The position numbers were made by a program, and so were the translations under genes. Source: an uncultured Gemmatimonadaceae bacterium (GTDB lineage Bacteria > Gemmatimonadota > Gemmatimonadetes > Gemmatimonadales > GWC2-71-9). Taken from it: a DNA stretch of 64,000 nt. This document shows positions 34,528 through 44,049 of the stretch, piece by piece. Under the pieces are notes generated by a model that had not been told where the DNA came from, made no database searches, and saw only the letters and a program-made list of their open reading frames with translations. Within the stretch, counting starts at the first letter, position 1, and each line of letters opens with the position of its first letter. The DNA lies in contig CAZRCT010000009.1 of NCBI GenBank assembly GCA_964598655.1, positions 1,652-65,651 of the forward strand, given 5' to 3'.

Positions 34528-34980
34528 GTGGACGGATTCCTCGACGCGCTGCGGCGCTCGCTCTTTCCCGTGCAGGTGCTCGTCGTGGATGACGACGCCG
34601 GCGCCCGGCGCGCGCTGTGCGGCGTGCTCCTGCAGCACAAGTACCAGGTGCTGGAAGCCGCCTGTGCCACCGATGCGCTCGCGCTCCTTGCGTCGAGCCA
34701 CGTGGCGGTGGATCTCATCATCTCCGACATCCAGATGCCGGGGATGGCCGGCGACGCGCTGGGCCGCGAGGTGCGCGCCCGCTGGGGCGACGTGCCCATC
34801 CTCTTCATCTCCGGTGACCCGAGCTTCGCCACGCTTCCCGCCGAGGTCGGCGGGCCCGCCCGGTTCCTCGCCAAGCCCTTCGGGGCGCCCGAGCTGCTCG
34901 GGCAGGTGCATCACCTCCTCGGCACCACGGACGCCTCCGCCGAGGCGCTGCTCCGGCCCGCCTTCGACGCGGGCAGCTGA
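34528..34980 (+). CDS. Stand-alone CheY-like receiver domain protein
   Basis: GTG start. VLVVDDD, LIISDIQMPGM (phospho-acceptor Asp), FISG and LAKPF are all present. There is no output domain. Confidence 0.8.
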   Translation: MDGFLDALRRSLFPVQVLVVDDDAGARRALCGVLLQHKYQVLEAACATDALALLASSHVAVDLIISDIQMPGMAGDALGREVRARWGDVPILFISGDPSFATLPAEVGGPARFLAKPFGAPELLGQVHHLLGTTDASAEALLRPAFDAGS

Positions 34981-35108
34981 CCTTCCCCTCACCTGGCAGT
35001 CATGAATGCCCGGGCCCGCGCCGCTGGCCCGGGGGTTGCCCCGTGGTGTCCGGACGCGGGTTGCGCGGCATGGGGCCGCCGCAACGCGCGGGGCGGAAGG
35101 GGAATTGC

Positions 35109-35867
35109 ATGAGGCAGGCGGCGGCGCCCGGGACCATCCTCGGTGGACGATTCGCGATCACCCGTGAGATCGGGCGGGGTCCGCGGTCGGTGGTGTACCT
35201 GGCCATGGACCAGCGCCATGGGCGCGAGGTGGCGCTCAAGCTCCATGACGGGCCGACGGGCCGCCTGCAGCGGCAGGTGGTGGAGGCCGCGGACCTCGCG
35301 CGGCATCGCCTGCTGGTGCCGCGGGAAGTCGTGGAGGGATCGCCCGCCCTGCTGGTGCTCGACCACCTGCCCGGCACCGACCTCGGGCACGAGATCGCCG
35401 CCCAGGGCGGCCTGCCCCCCTCGGCCGTGGCCGATTACGGGCGGCAGGCGGCCCGGGGCCTGGTGGCGGCGCACCGCCGCGGGCTCCTCCATGGCAACCT
35501 CACGCCGCGCAACATCCTCCTCCCGGCTGCCGGCGGCGTCTGGCTCACCGACCTCGCCATGGAGCCGACGAGCCAGGCCTTCCTGGCCCCGGAGGTGCGC
35601 CGCGGGGCGCCCGCCGACCCGCGCGCCGACCTCTACGCCCTCGGCCTCGTGCTCTACGTGGGGCTGACGGGCCGGCTTCCCGCCGTCCCCGCCCCCGCCC
35701 TGCCCGACGGCCTCCGCGCCTCCGAGCGCCGCGAGGACGTGCCCGCCTGGCTGGACGACGCCATCGCCCGCGCCACGGCCCTCCTGCCGGCCGACCGGTT
35801 CTCGCGCGCCAGCCAGCTGGCCGAGGCGCTCGAGCCGCCCCGGCGGCCCCAGGCCATGGCAGGCTGA
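35109..35867 (+). CDS. Hanks kinase-fold protein, predicted pseudokinase
   Basis: Kinase-like IGRGPRSVVY, VALK and LAPEV motifs. The catalytic loop reads LHGNLTPRNIL instead of HRDLKPEN (Asp to Asn, Lys to Thr), and DFG reads DLA. 252 aa, with no TM helix or sensor domain. Confidence 0.65.
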   Translation: MRQAAAPGTILGGRFAITREIGRGPRSVVYLAMDQRHGREVALKLHDGPTGRLQRQVVEAADLARHRLLVPREVVEGSPALLVLDHLPGTDLGHEIAAQGGLPPSAVADYGRQAARGLVAAHRRGLLHGNLTPRNILLPAAGGVWLTDLAMEPTSQAFLAPEVRRGAPADPRADLYALGLVLYVGLTGRLPAVPAPALPDGLRASERREDVPAWLDDAIARATALLPADRFSRASQLAEALEPPRRPQAMAG

Positions 35868-35911
35868 GCCCGCCCCTAGTGCCCCCGGCCGGTCGGCCCC
35901 ACAATTCCCGC

Positions 35912-37078
35912 ATGCCGACCGAGCGCCTCTACTACACCGACGCCTACTGCACCCGCTTCACCGCCACCGTCGTGGACGCCACCGACGGGGGCACGCGCGT
36001 CTACCTCGACCGCTCCGCGTTCTATCCCACCTCCGGCGGCCAGCCCTTCGACCTCGGCACCCTCGGCGGGGTGGCGGTGCGGGACGTGGTGGACGAGGAG
36101 GACCGCGTGGCGCACCTGCTCGCCGCGCCGCTGGCGCCCGGCACCGCCGTCGAGGGCGAGGTGGACTGGGCGCGCCGCTTTGACCTGATGCAGCAGCACA
36201 CGGCGCAGCACCTGCTCTCCGCCGTCTTTGCCGACCGCCACGGCTGGCCCACGGTGAGCGTCCACTTCGGCGACGCGTCGGCCACGCTGGACCTCGACGT
36301 GGGGCAGGTGGACGCCGCGGTCCTGCGTGAGGCGGAGCGGCAGGCCAACGCCATCGTCACCGAGAACCGGCCGGTGGAGGTGAGCTTCGAGGACGCGGCC
36401 ACCGCCACCGGGCTCCGGAAGGCCAGCGGGCGGACGGGCACGCTCCGCATCGTCAGCATCACCGGCCTGGACCGGAGCGCCTGCGGCGGCACGCACGTGC
36501 GCCACACCGGCGAGATCGGGGTGATCCTGCTCCGCAAGGTGGAGCGGGTGAAGAAGCAGGTGCGGGTCGAGTTCCTGGCCGGCGGCCGGGCCGTGCAGCG
36601 CGCGCGGCAGGACCAGGAGCTCCTCGCCACGCTCGCGGCGGGCTTCTCGGCGGGCGCGGAGGAGGTGCCGGCGCTGGTGGAGGGCCAGCGCGCGCAGCTC
36701 AAGGAGGCGGAAGCACTGCGGCGCACTTTGGTGGATCAGCTGGCCGGCTACCGGCTGCGCGAGCTCCACGCCGGCGCCACGCCGGACGCGGGCGGGGTGC
36801 GCCGGATCACGTACGCCGCCCAGCCGGGAGACGACCTGCGGGCGCTCGGCCAGGCGGCCACGCAGCTGGCCGGCACGGTGTTCCTGGCCACGAGCGAGGC
36901 GCCGCCCACCATCCTGCTGGCCACCTCGGCGGACAGCGGCGTGGACGCGGGGGCGCTGCTCAAGGCGGCGCTCGGGGTGGCGGGCGGGCGTGGCGGCGGA
37001 TCGCCGCGCCTGGCGCAGGGGACGGTGCCGGATGCGGCGGCGCTCGCGGCGGTGCGAGCCCTGGTGGCGGGGAGCTGA
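35912..37078 (+). CDS. AlaX-L type alanyl-tRNA editing protein
   Basis: MPTERLYYTDAY, HTAQHLLSAVF (HxxxH), CGGTHV, and a C-terminal DHHA1-like GGRGGGSPRLAQG. Confidence 0.8.
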   Translation: MPTERLYYTDAYCTRFTATVVDATDGGTRVYLDRSAFYPTSGGQPFDLGTLGGVAVRDVVDEEDRVAHLLAAPLAPGTAVEGEVDWARRFDLMQQHTAQHLLSAVFADRHGWPTVSVHFGDASATLDLDVGQVDAAVLREAERQANAIVTENRPVEVSFEDAATATGLRKASGRTGTLRIVSITGLDRSACGGTHVRHTGEIGVILLRKVERVKKQVRVEFLAGGRAVQRARQDQELLATLAAGFSAGAEEVPALVEGQRAQLKEAEALRRTLVDQLAGYRLRELHAGATPDAGGVRRITYAAQPGDDLRALGQAATQLAGTVFLATSEAPPTILLATSADSGVDAGALLKAALGVAGGRGGGSPRLAQGTVPDAAALAAVRALVAGS

Positions 37079-37084
37079 AAGCAC

Positions 37085-37116
37085 AGACTGGCGCGGCCCG
37101 TGGGCCGCGCCAGTCT
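37085..37116. terminator. Bidirectional hairpin between AlaX and the second YceI gene
   Basis: AGACTGGCGCGGCCC / GGGCCGCGCCAGTCT complementary arms. Confidence 0.6.
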
Positions 37117-37123
37117 CGGCGTC

Positions 37124-37750
37124 CTACTGCGCGATGGCCTCGATGGCGATCTCGATCTCCACGCTGTCGCTGAGCAGGGTCCCGTCGTCCAGGATCTGGT
37201 TCCACGTCAGGTTGAAGTCCCGCCGGTTGATGAGGGCGGTGCCGTCGAAGGCCATCCGCTCCTTGCCGCCCTGGTCGCGCATGGTGCCGAGGTAGGAGCC
37301 CTTGAAGACCACCGGGTGGGTGTTCCCCTTCAGCGTGAGCAGGCCGCTCATCTCGAAGGTGTTGTTCTCCACCACCAGCCCGGTGCTCTCGAAGGTCATG
37401 GTGGGGAAGCTGTCCACGTTGAAGAAGCGCGGCGAGCGGAGGTCCGCATCACGCGCCTCGTTCCGGGTGTCGATGCTCTTGGTGCGGACGGTCACGTTCA
37501 CCGTGCCGCGATCCCACTCGGGACCCCGGGTGACGATCACGCCCTCCCAGTCGGTGAAGAAGCCGCGCACCCGGCCGGCCAGGTGCCGGATCCGGAAGCT
37601 GACCTCGGAGTGCGTCGGGTCCACGCGCCAGGTGGTGCCGACCGGCACCCGCGTGAAGGTCCGTCCCTGCGTGGTCCCCTGCGCCTCGGCGCCGGCCGTC
37701 GTCGCGAGGGACAGCCCCGCCGCCAGCGCCACAATCGCCATCGCCCGCAT
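37124..37750 (-). CDS. YceI family periplasmic protein (second copy in the window)
   Basis: Start chosen at ATG 37750 (MRAMAIVALAAGLSLA signal peptide). Motifs: HSEVSFRIRHLAGRVRGFF and RNEARDADLRSPRFFNVDSFP. Confidence 0.85.
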   Translation of the reverse strand: MRAMAIVALAAGLSLATTAGAEAQGTTQGRTFTRVPVGTTWRVDPTHSEVSFRIRHLAGRVRGFFTDWEGVIVTRGPEWDRGTVNVTVRTKSIDTRNEARDADLRSPRFFNVDSFPTMTFESTGLVVENNTFEMSGLLTLKGNTHPVVFKGSYLGTMRDQGGKERMAFDGTALINRRDFNLTWNQILDDGTLLSDSVEIEIAIEAIAQ

Positions 37751-37858
37751 GCTCCGCCTCCCCGTACTGGGTGAATGTTCCGTCCGGCCGTCATCGACCG
37801 CTCGGGGAACATGCCCGGCCCGGAGGTAAGCCTTCATGGGGCGATCATGTGAACAACT

Positions 37859-40366
37859 TCACGATCTCGGCTTGGCGCGCCGCGTCGGGGTGGCGGTGAG
37901 CGGGTCCTCGGGCCACTCGTGCCGCGGGTAGCGCCCCTTCATTTCCTTGCGGACCTCGAAATAGCTGCTGCGCCAGAAGCCGGCCAGGTCGCGGGTCACC
38001 TGCACCGGGCGGTGGGCCGGCGAGAGCAGGTGCATGGTGACCGCGACGCGTCCCCCCGCCACGCGCGGCGTCTCCGTCAGCCCGAAGACCTCCTGCAGCC
38101 GGACCGCCAGGACCGGGGCCGCGGGATCGGCGTAGTCCACGCGGATCAGCGACCCCGTGGGCACGGGCAGGTGCGTGGGGGCGAGCTGGTCGAGCGCCGC
38201 CCGGCGCTGCCAGCCGAGCCAGGCGAGCAGGGCGCCCGCCAGCTCCACGCGGGCAAGGTCGCCGCGGCGGCGGACGCCGGTGAGGGCCGGCCCGAGCCAG
38301 GCGTCGAGCGCCGCGAGCAGCGCCGCGTCGTCCACGGCGGGCCAGCCGTCGGGCGCCAGGTGATGATGGAGGAAGCCGAGCCGCTCGCGCAGGCGGCTGG
38401 CGTCCTCCGTCCACGGGAGCGCGGCCAGGCCGGCCCGCCGGATCCACGCGAGCACCTCCTGCGTGAGGAGCGCCGGGTCGGGCTCGCGCAGGCCGGCCTC
38501 GCGGAGCACCAGCGCGCCGAGCCGCTCGCGCCGCACCGCCACCACGCCGTCGCTCGCGTCCTCCCAGCGCACCACCTCCTCCACCCGGACCAGCTCGCCG
38601 AAGTGCGCCCGCACCTCGTCCTCGGCCAGCGGCAGGCCGAGCCAGAGGTGGCTCTCGCGCCGGTCTCCGTCGAGGTCGGCGGCCACGAGGAAGGGCGCCA
38701 GCGCCAGGGTGGGCGAGCTGGTGGCGACCCCCTGCCCGTTGGCCAGCAGGAAGCGCCCCGCCTGCCCCGCGCGCCGCATGCCGATGCGGTCCGGGTACGC
38801 GAAGGCCAGCAGCACCCCGGCGCTCACCGATTCCGGTCGGCCTGGCGCCGGCAGGCGCCGGAGCTGGTCCTGCCACCCCTGCGCCTCGCGGCGCACCCGG
38901 TCGAGCCCGGCGCGGTCCACGCTCATGCCGTGCACCAGCGGCGGCACGTCGCGCCGCTCGAGCAGGTCGAGGCGCAGCGCGAGGTCGGCGTCGCCGCCGG
39001 CGCGATCGGCGCGGAGGATGTCCCGCTCCTCGAGCAGCGCGGCGAGGCGCGCGGCGAGCCGGGGCTGTCCCAGCGCGTGGCCGCGCAGGAGCAGGTGCGC
39101 CAGTCGCGGGTGGGTCCCGAGCTCCGCCATCTGCTTCCCGTGCGCCGTGATCCGCCCGTCGCCATCCAGCGCGCCGAGCTGCAGGAGGAGGCTCCGCGCG
39201 GCGGCGAGCGCGGCGGCGGGCGGCGGATCGAGCCAGGCGAGCTGGTCGGCCCGGCTGCCCGATGCCGCCAGCTCGAGGGCCAGCGGGGCCAGGTCCGCCT
39301 CGAGGATCTCCGGCGTGGCGCGCGGCAGCAGGTGGTGCTCCTCGGCCGCCGCCCAGAGCCGGTAGCACACCCCGGGCGCGGTGCGGCCCGCACGCCCGCG
39401 CCGCTGGTCGGCCGCCGCGCGCGACACGCGCACCGTGGTGAGCCGCGTCATCCCGGTGCGCGGCGCGTACTTCGGCACGCGCGCCAGCCCGGCGTCGATC
39501 ACCACCCGCACGCCCTCGATGGTGAGGCTCGTCTCCGCGATGGAGGTGGCGAGCACCACCTTCCGCGTGCCCGCTGGCGCCGGCAGGAGCGCCGCATCCT
39601 GCGCCTCGCCGGCGAGCATGCCGTGAAGCCGGTGCACCTCGACCCGCGGCCCGCGGCGCTCCGCGAGGTCGTCAAGCAGCTCGGCGGTGCGGTGGATCTC
39701 CGCTTGGCCGGGGAGGAAGACCAGCAGGTCGCCCTCGGTCTCGGCCAGGGCCTGGCGCACCGCGGCGGCCACGCCGGCCTCGAGGCGCTGCTCGGGGCGC
39801 GGCGGGAGGTAGCGGGTCTCCACCGGGAAGGTCCGGCCCTCACTGGTGAGGATTGGTGCGTCGCCGAGCAGGGCGGAGACCGCGTCGCCGTCGAGCGTCG
39901 CCGACATCACCAGCAGGCGGAGGTCGGGCCGGAGCACCGCTCGGCTCTCCAGCGTCAGGGCGAGCCCGAGGTCCGCCTGCAGGCTCCGCTCGTGGAACTC
40001 GTCGAAGATCACGAGGCCCACGCCCGCCAGCTCCGGGTCGGACTGGAGCATGCGCGTGAGGATGCCTTCGGTCACCACCTCGACGCGGGTCTTCGGCCCG
40101 CTCACCACCTCGCGGCGGATGCGGTAGCCCACGGTGCCACCCACCGCGTCGCCGTGGAGCTGCGCCATGCGACGGGCCGCGGCGCGCGCGGCCAGCCGCC
40201 GCGGCTCGAGCAGCAGGATGCGCTGGCCCGCCAGCCACGGCGCCGCGAGCAGGGCCAGCGGCACCAGCGTGGTCTTGCCGGCGCCGGGCGGCGCCTGCAG
40301 CACCAGCCGGCCGTCCGCGCCGAGGGTGCGGGCGATCGCGGGAAGGAGCGGTTCGATGGGCAGCAC
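37859..40366 (-). CDS. hrpB: ATP-dependent DEAH-box helicase HrpB
   Basis: 835 aa, GTG start. Motifs: QAPPGAGKTT, DEFHERS, and the HrpB-type C-terminal domain (RYPRHEWPEDP). Confidence 0.9.
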   Translation of the reverse strand: MLPIEPLLPAIARTLGADGRLVLQAPPGAGKTTLVPLALLAAPWLAGQRILLLEPRRLAARAAARRMAQLHGDAVGGTVGYRIRREVVSGPKTRVEVVTEGILTRMLQSDPELAGVGLVIFDEFHERSLQADLGLALTLESRAVLRPDLRLLVMSATLDGDAVSALLGDAPILTSEGRTFPVETRYLPPRPEQRLEAGVAAAVRQALAETEGDLLVFLPGQAEIHRTAELLDDLAERRGPRVEVHRLHGMLAGEAQDAALLPAPAGTRKVVLATSIAETSLTIEGVRVVIDAGLARVPKYAPRTGMTRLTTVRVSRAAADQRRGRAGRTAPGVCYRLWAAAEEHHLLPRATPEILEADLAPLALELAASGSRADQLAWLDPPPAAALAAARSLLLQLGALDGDGRITAHGKQMAELGTHPRLAHLLLRGHALGQPRLAARLAALLEERDILRADRAGGDADLALRLDLLERRDVPPLVHGMSVDRAGLDRVRREAQGWQDQLRRLPAPGRPESVSAGVLLAFAYPDRIGMRRAGQAGRFLLANGQGVATSSPTLALAPFLVAADLDGDRRESHLWLGLPLAEDEVRAHFGELVRVEEVVRWEDASDGVVAVRRERLGALVLREAGLREPDPALLTQEVLAWIRRAGLAALPWTEDASRLRERLGFLHHHLAPDGWPAVDDAALLAALDAWLGPALTGVRRRGDLARVELAGALLAWLGWQRRAALDQLAPTHLPVPTGSLIRVDYADPAAPVLAVRLQEVFGLTETPRVAGGRVAVTMHLLSPAHRPVQVTRDLAGFWRSSYFEVRKEMKGRYPRHEWPEDPLTATPTRRAKPRS

Positions 40367-40372
40367 GGCTGG

Positions 40373-40384
40373 AAGGTATCGCGC
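40373..40384 (-). promoter_or_regulatory. GCGCG-A-TACCTT, 6 nt upstream of the hrpB GTG; leaderless candidate
   Basis: The minus strand reads gggcGCGCGATACCTTccagccGTG. Confidence 0.45.
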
Positions 40385-40456
40385 CCGGCGGGCGCACGGG
40401 AACGCGGGACGACCATGAAGGTGTCGCAGGTTCGGGGCGCCCCGCGCGGCCCCCGC

Positions 40457-40485
40457 TTGCCCGGCCTCCGCGACCCGGCCAATCT
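40457..40485 (+). promoter_or_regulatory. TTGCCC-N17-CAATCT promoter ending 9 nt before the PP2C ATG
   Basis: Read directly from the plus strand. Confidence 0.5.
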
Positions 40486-40494
40486 TCCGGCACG

Positions 40495-41358
40495 ATGACC
40501 GCCCCTCTCCCGCCCAGCGACCGCCCGGCGCGCGACAACATCGACGTCTTCGGCCTGACCCACGTGGGGAAGGTCCGGTCGGAGAACCAGGACCAGTTCC
40601 TGATCGCGAGCCTGCACAAGACCATGGCGGTGCACTCGACGAGCCTTCCGCGCGCGGAACTCGGCGAGTTGCGCAGCCCCTCGCGCGGCTACGTCTTCCT
40701 GGTGGCCGACGGGGTCGGCGGCGTCCCCGGCGGGCAGGAGGCCAGCCGCACCGCGCTTCGCGCCGTGATGGACTACGTCCTCCGCACCATGGACCTCTAC
40801 GTGCAGCTGGACGCGGAGGTGGAGGCCGAGTTCCTGCGCGAACTGCAGAAGTCGGTGGAGCGGAGCCACGAGGCGGTGCTCGAGGCCGGCGCCTCGGACG
40901 AGGACAAGGAAGGGATGGCCACCACCCTCACCATGGTCTGCATCCGCTGGCCGCGGGGCTACCTGGTGCACGTGGGGGACAGCCGCTGCTACCGCTTCCG
41001 CGACGGGCAGCTCGAGCTCCTGACCAAGGACCAGACCATGGCGCAGGCCATGGTGGACGCGGGCGCGCTCTCCCCCGACCAGGCCGAACGCTCCGGCCTC
41101 TCCCACGTGCTCTACAGCGCGCTTGGCGCCACCCGGGCCGAGCCGTACACCTTCACCACCGACGTGCGGTGGGACGACGTGATGCTCCTCTGCAGCGACG
41201 GCATCACCAAGCACGTGAGCGACGAGGAGATCCGCGCGGCGCTGGCCCGGCCGGCGAGCGCGGAGGCCACGGCCCGCGCGCTGGTGGACCTGGCCCTCGA
41301 GCGCGGCGGCAGCGACAACACCACGGTCATCGTCGGGCGGCTGCACCGCCCGTCGTGA
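40495..41358 (+). CDS. PP2C-family Ser/Thr phosphatase
   Basis: GKVRSENQD, LVADGVGG, HVGDSRCY, LLCSDGI, GGSDNTTVIV. Confidence 0.85.
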   Translation: MTAPLPPSDRPARDNIDVFGLTHVGKVRSENQDQFLIASLHKTMAVHSTSLPRAELGELRSPSRGYVFLVADGVGGVPGGQEASRTALRAVMDYVLRTMDLYVQLDAEVEAEFLRELQKSVERSHEAVLEAGASDEDKEGMATTLTMVCIRWPRGYLVHVGDSRCYRFRDGQLELLTKDQTMAQAMVDAGALSPDQAERSGLSHVLYSALGATRAEPYTFTTDVRWDDVMLLCSDGITKHVSDEEIRAALARPASAEATARALVDLALERGGSDNTTVIVGRLHRPS

Positions 41359-41395
41359 CCCCGGCCGCGGCCCGCGCCGCGGCCGGAAAGGACGC

Positions 41396-42925
41396 ATGCG
41401 AAGTCTGGTCATCATCTACTGGCTCGGGCCCATCGTCCTGAGCATCCTCCGGGACCGGCGCCGCTTCCTCTGGTGGGGCGGCCCCCTGACCCGGAGCCGC
41501 CACTTCCACGAGCGCCGCGCCCGCCGGCTGGTGGACGCCCTCACCCACCTCGGCCCCACGTTCATCAAGCTCGGGCAGGTCTTCGCCGGCCGCGCCGACG
41601 TGATCCCCTCGCCCTACAACGAGGCGCTGGCCACGCTCACCGACCGGGTGCGGCCGCTCGGCTTCGACGTCATCGCGCGCACCATACGCGAGAGCTACGG
41701 GCGCGAGGTGGACCAGATCTTCGACGACTTCGAGCGCACCCCCGAGGCCGCCGCCTCCCTGGGCCAGGTGCACCGCGCCCATTACCAGGGGAAGAAGGTG
41801 GCGGTGAAGGTGCTCCGTCCAGGCGTCGCGGAGCTGGTGGAGCGCGACATCGCCTCGGCCCGCTGGATCCTGACGCAGGTGGCGCGCTTCTTCGACAACC
41901 CGCACGTGCGGGCGCTCCGCGTGGCGGTGGACGAGTTTGCCTTCCGGATCCCCGAGGAGATGGACTTCCGCATCGAGGCCCGGAACGCCATCGAGGTGCA
42001 CGGGTTCTTCGCGAAGAACCCGCGCATCCGCATCCCCGAGGTGGTGCGCGAGCTCATCACCGAGCGGGTGCTGGTGCTCGAGTACCTCGAGGGGAGCCGT
42101 ATCGACGCGCTCCAGGACCGCATCCAGGCCGGCGAGCTCGACAGCGGCGACGTGATCCGCCGGGTGCTCGAGGCCTATCTCGAGATGATGCTGGTGCGCG
42201 GCTTCTTCCACGCCGACCCGCACCCCGGCAACCTCAAGGTGGGCCCGCGGGGCGAGCTGGTGATCCTCGACTTCGGCATGGTGATCCGGGTGCCCATCGA
42301 GCGGCGGCGGCAGATCGTGGAGGCGGCCTTTGCCTCGATCTTCCGCGACCTCGACGCGCTGGTGAAGGCCTTCAACGAGCTCGGCTTCATCGAGCCCGGC
42401 ACCGACCCGCAGGCGCTCCGGAGCCTCTCCGCCGCGCTGCTCCGCCTGGCCGACCAGCGCACCACCACCATCGAGCGCCTCGAGTACCTGAGCCAGGAAG
42501 TGCTCACCACGCTCTACGACTGGCCCGTGGTGCTCCCGGGCGACCTGGTCTACTTCTCCCGCACCGCCGGCCTCATCGAGGGGCTCGGGGTCAAGTACGA
42601 CCCGCAGTTCAACGCGCTCCAGGTGGCCACCCCGGTGCTGCTCCAGCTCCGCCCGCGCATCGCCGAGGCCATCGGGCCCACCTCGTCCATCGACTGGGCC
42701 ACGCAGGTGGGCAGCTTTCTCGGCAAGGCGAGCCGGATCCTGGGCCGCGCCGGCCGCGAGCTCGGCACGCTCGTCAGCGAGCAGGCCGCTAAGGCGAGCG
42801 CCGTGGCCGGCGCCCTCAAGACCCTCACCATGGCCCCGCCCCCCGCCCCGCCGGCTCCACGCCCACCAGCCCCGCCTCCCGCGCCAGCCCCGGCCCCGCC
42901 CGCGCCGCTCCCCACGGAGTCCTGA
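41396..42925 (+). CDS. ABC1/UbiB (AarF) atypical kinase family protein
   Basis: LGPTFIKLGQVFAGRADVIP, AAASLGQVHRA..VAVKVLRPG, FFHADPHPGNL. The C-terminal tail is Pro/Ala-rich. Confidence 0.85.
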   Translation: MRSLVIIYWLGPIVLSILRDRRRFLWWGGPLTRSRHFHERRARRLVDALTHLGPTFIKLGQVFAGRADVIPSPYNEALATLTDRVRPLGFDVIARTIRESYGREVDQIFDDFERTPEAAASLGQVHRAHYQGKKVAVKVLRPGVAELVERDIASARWILTQVARFFDNPHVRALRVAVDEFAFRIPEEMDFRIEARNAIEVHGFFAKNPRIRIPEVVRELITERVLVLEYLEGSRIDALQDRIQAGELDSGDVIRRVLEAYLEMMLVRGFFHADPHPGNLKVGPRGELVILDFGMVIRVPIERRRQIVEAAFASIFRDLDALVKAFNELGFIEPGTDPQALRSLSAALLRLADQRTTTIERLEYLSQEVLTTLYDWPVVLPGDLVYFSRTAGLIEGLGVKYDPQFNALQVATPVLLQLRPRIAEAIGPTSSIDWATQVGSFLGKASRILGRAGRELGTLVSEQAAKASAVAGALKTLTMAPPPAPPAPRPPAPPPAPAPAPPAPLPTES

Positions 42926-42931
42926 AGACAC

Positions 42932-42962
42932 AGCGGCCCCCGGCATCCTGCCGGGGGCCGCT
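42932..42962. terminator. Bidirectional hairpin between the ABC1 and PDZ genes
   Basis: AGCGGCCCCCGGCA-tcc-TGCCGGGGGCCGCT, a 14-bp stem. Confidence 0.6.
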
Positions 42963-42982
42963 CGCCGTCAGGCGGGACGGGC

Positions 42983-43927
42983 TCAGCTCCGTTCCACCCG
43001 CGTCCGCTCCCGCGTGGGGCGCGGCGTCCGCATGAACGTGCGGCCCTCCTCGCGCTCGCGCGCCTTCCAGGTGACGGTGAGCTTCCGCTGCTTCCGCATC
43101 ACCTCGAGCTTCGCGGTCTCGCCGTCGGCGTAGGAGCGGAAGATCCGCTGCGCCTGCTCGTCGGTCTTCACGGCGCGGCCGTCGATCGAGAGGATCACGT
43201 CCCCGGCGCGGAGCGTCGAGCTCGAGTCCTTCGGCGCCTCGAGCACCAGCACGCCCTCGCGGGTGCCGAAGTACTCACCCAGGTCGGGGTTCAGCTCGGC
43301 CAGCTTGAGGCCGCTCGCGGAGGCAAAGCCGTCGGTGAAGATGCGGACGCTGCCCTGCGGTCCCGACTCGAACTTGAAGGTGTTGGGGCCGTCGGGCATG
43401 GGCATGGGCATCCCCGGGGTGCGCTCGAGCAGCGGCATCCGCTCCATCATCCCGCCCGGCACCCGCATGGTGAAGGTGCGGTTGCCCAGGTCCTCGGCCA
43501 CGAGCGTGGCGCGCTTGCCCTGGCCGTCGCGGCGGTACTCCACCTGCACGGTATCGCCGGCGTCGAGGGCGCGGGCCAGCTCCACGAGCTTGCTGCCCGG
43601 GCCGGACTCGTCCTCGTCGTCGCCCTTGAGGCCGCCGAGGCTGGTGCCGTTGAACTTGGTGATCACGTCGCCGGCCTTGAGGCCGGCCTTGTCGGCAGGG
43701 CCGTCCGGGGTCACGTCCGAGATGCGCGCGCCCCAGCGGTCGGTCTCGGCGTTGGGCCGGGAGTCCACCATCACGCCGATGCGCGGGCGGCCCACCATGC
43801 TGGTGTACACGCGGACGCGGCCATCGGAGTCATCGTCCTGCGCGGCGAGCGGCAGAGCGGCCGCGCCGAGGGACAGGGCGGATACGAGGGACAGGGCCGC
43901 TCGGGGCCCGGTCAGGTGACGCAGCAT
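42983..43927 (-). CDS. Secreted protein with two PDZ domains
   Basis: Signal peptide. PDZ-like segments GARISDVTPDGPADKAGLKAGDVITKFNG and GVLVLEAPKDSSSTLRAGDVILSIDG. Confidence 0.7.
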   Translation of the reverse strand: MLRHLTGPRAALSLVSALSLGAAALPLAAQDDDSDGRVRVYTSMVGRPRIGVMVDSRPNAETDRWGARISDVTPDGPADKAGLKAGDVITKFNGTSLGGLKGDDEDESGPGSKLVELARALDAGDTVQVEYRRDGQGKRATLVAEDLGNRTFTMRVPGGMMERMPLLERTPGMPMPMPDGPNTFKFESGPQGSVRIFTDGFASASGLKLAELNPDLGEYFGTREGVLVLEAPKDSSSTLRAGDVILSIDGRAVKTDEQAQRIFRSYADGETAKLEVMRKQRKLTVTWKAREREEGRTFMRTPRPTRERTRVERS

Positions 43928-44049
43928 GGGTCCAGCTCCTGGGTGGGAAGGTTCGCTGGTGGGATGCCGGGCGCCAGGTGAGGGTCGCAGCCCCCCTTCC
44001 GTGCGCGGGCCCCCGGCCTACCTTCCCGGGGTCCCCACCCCCTCCCCGC

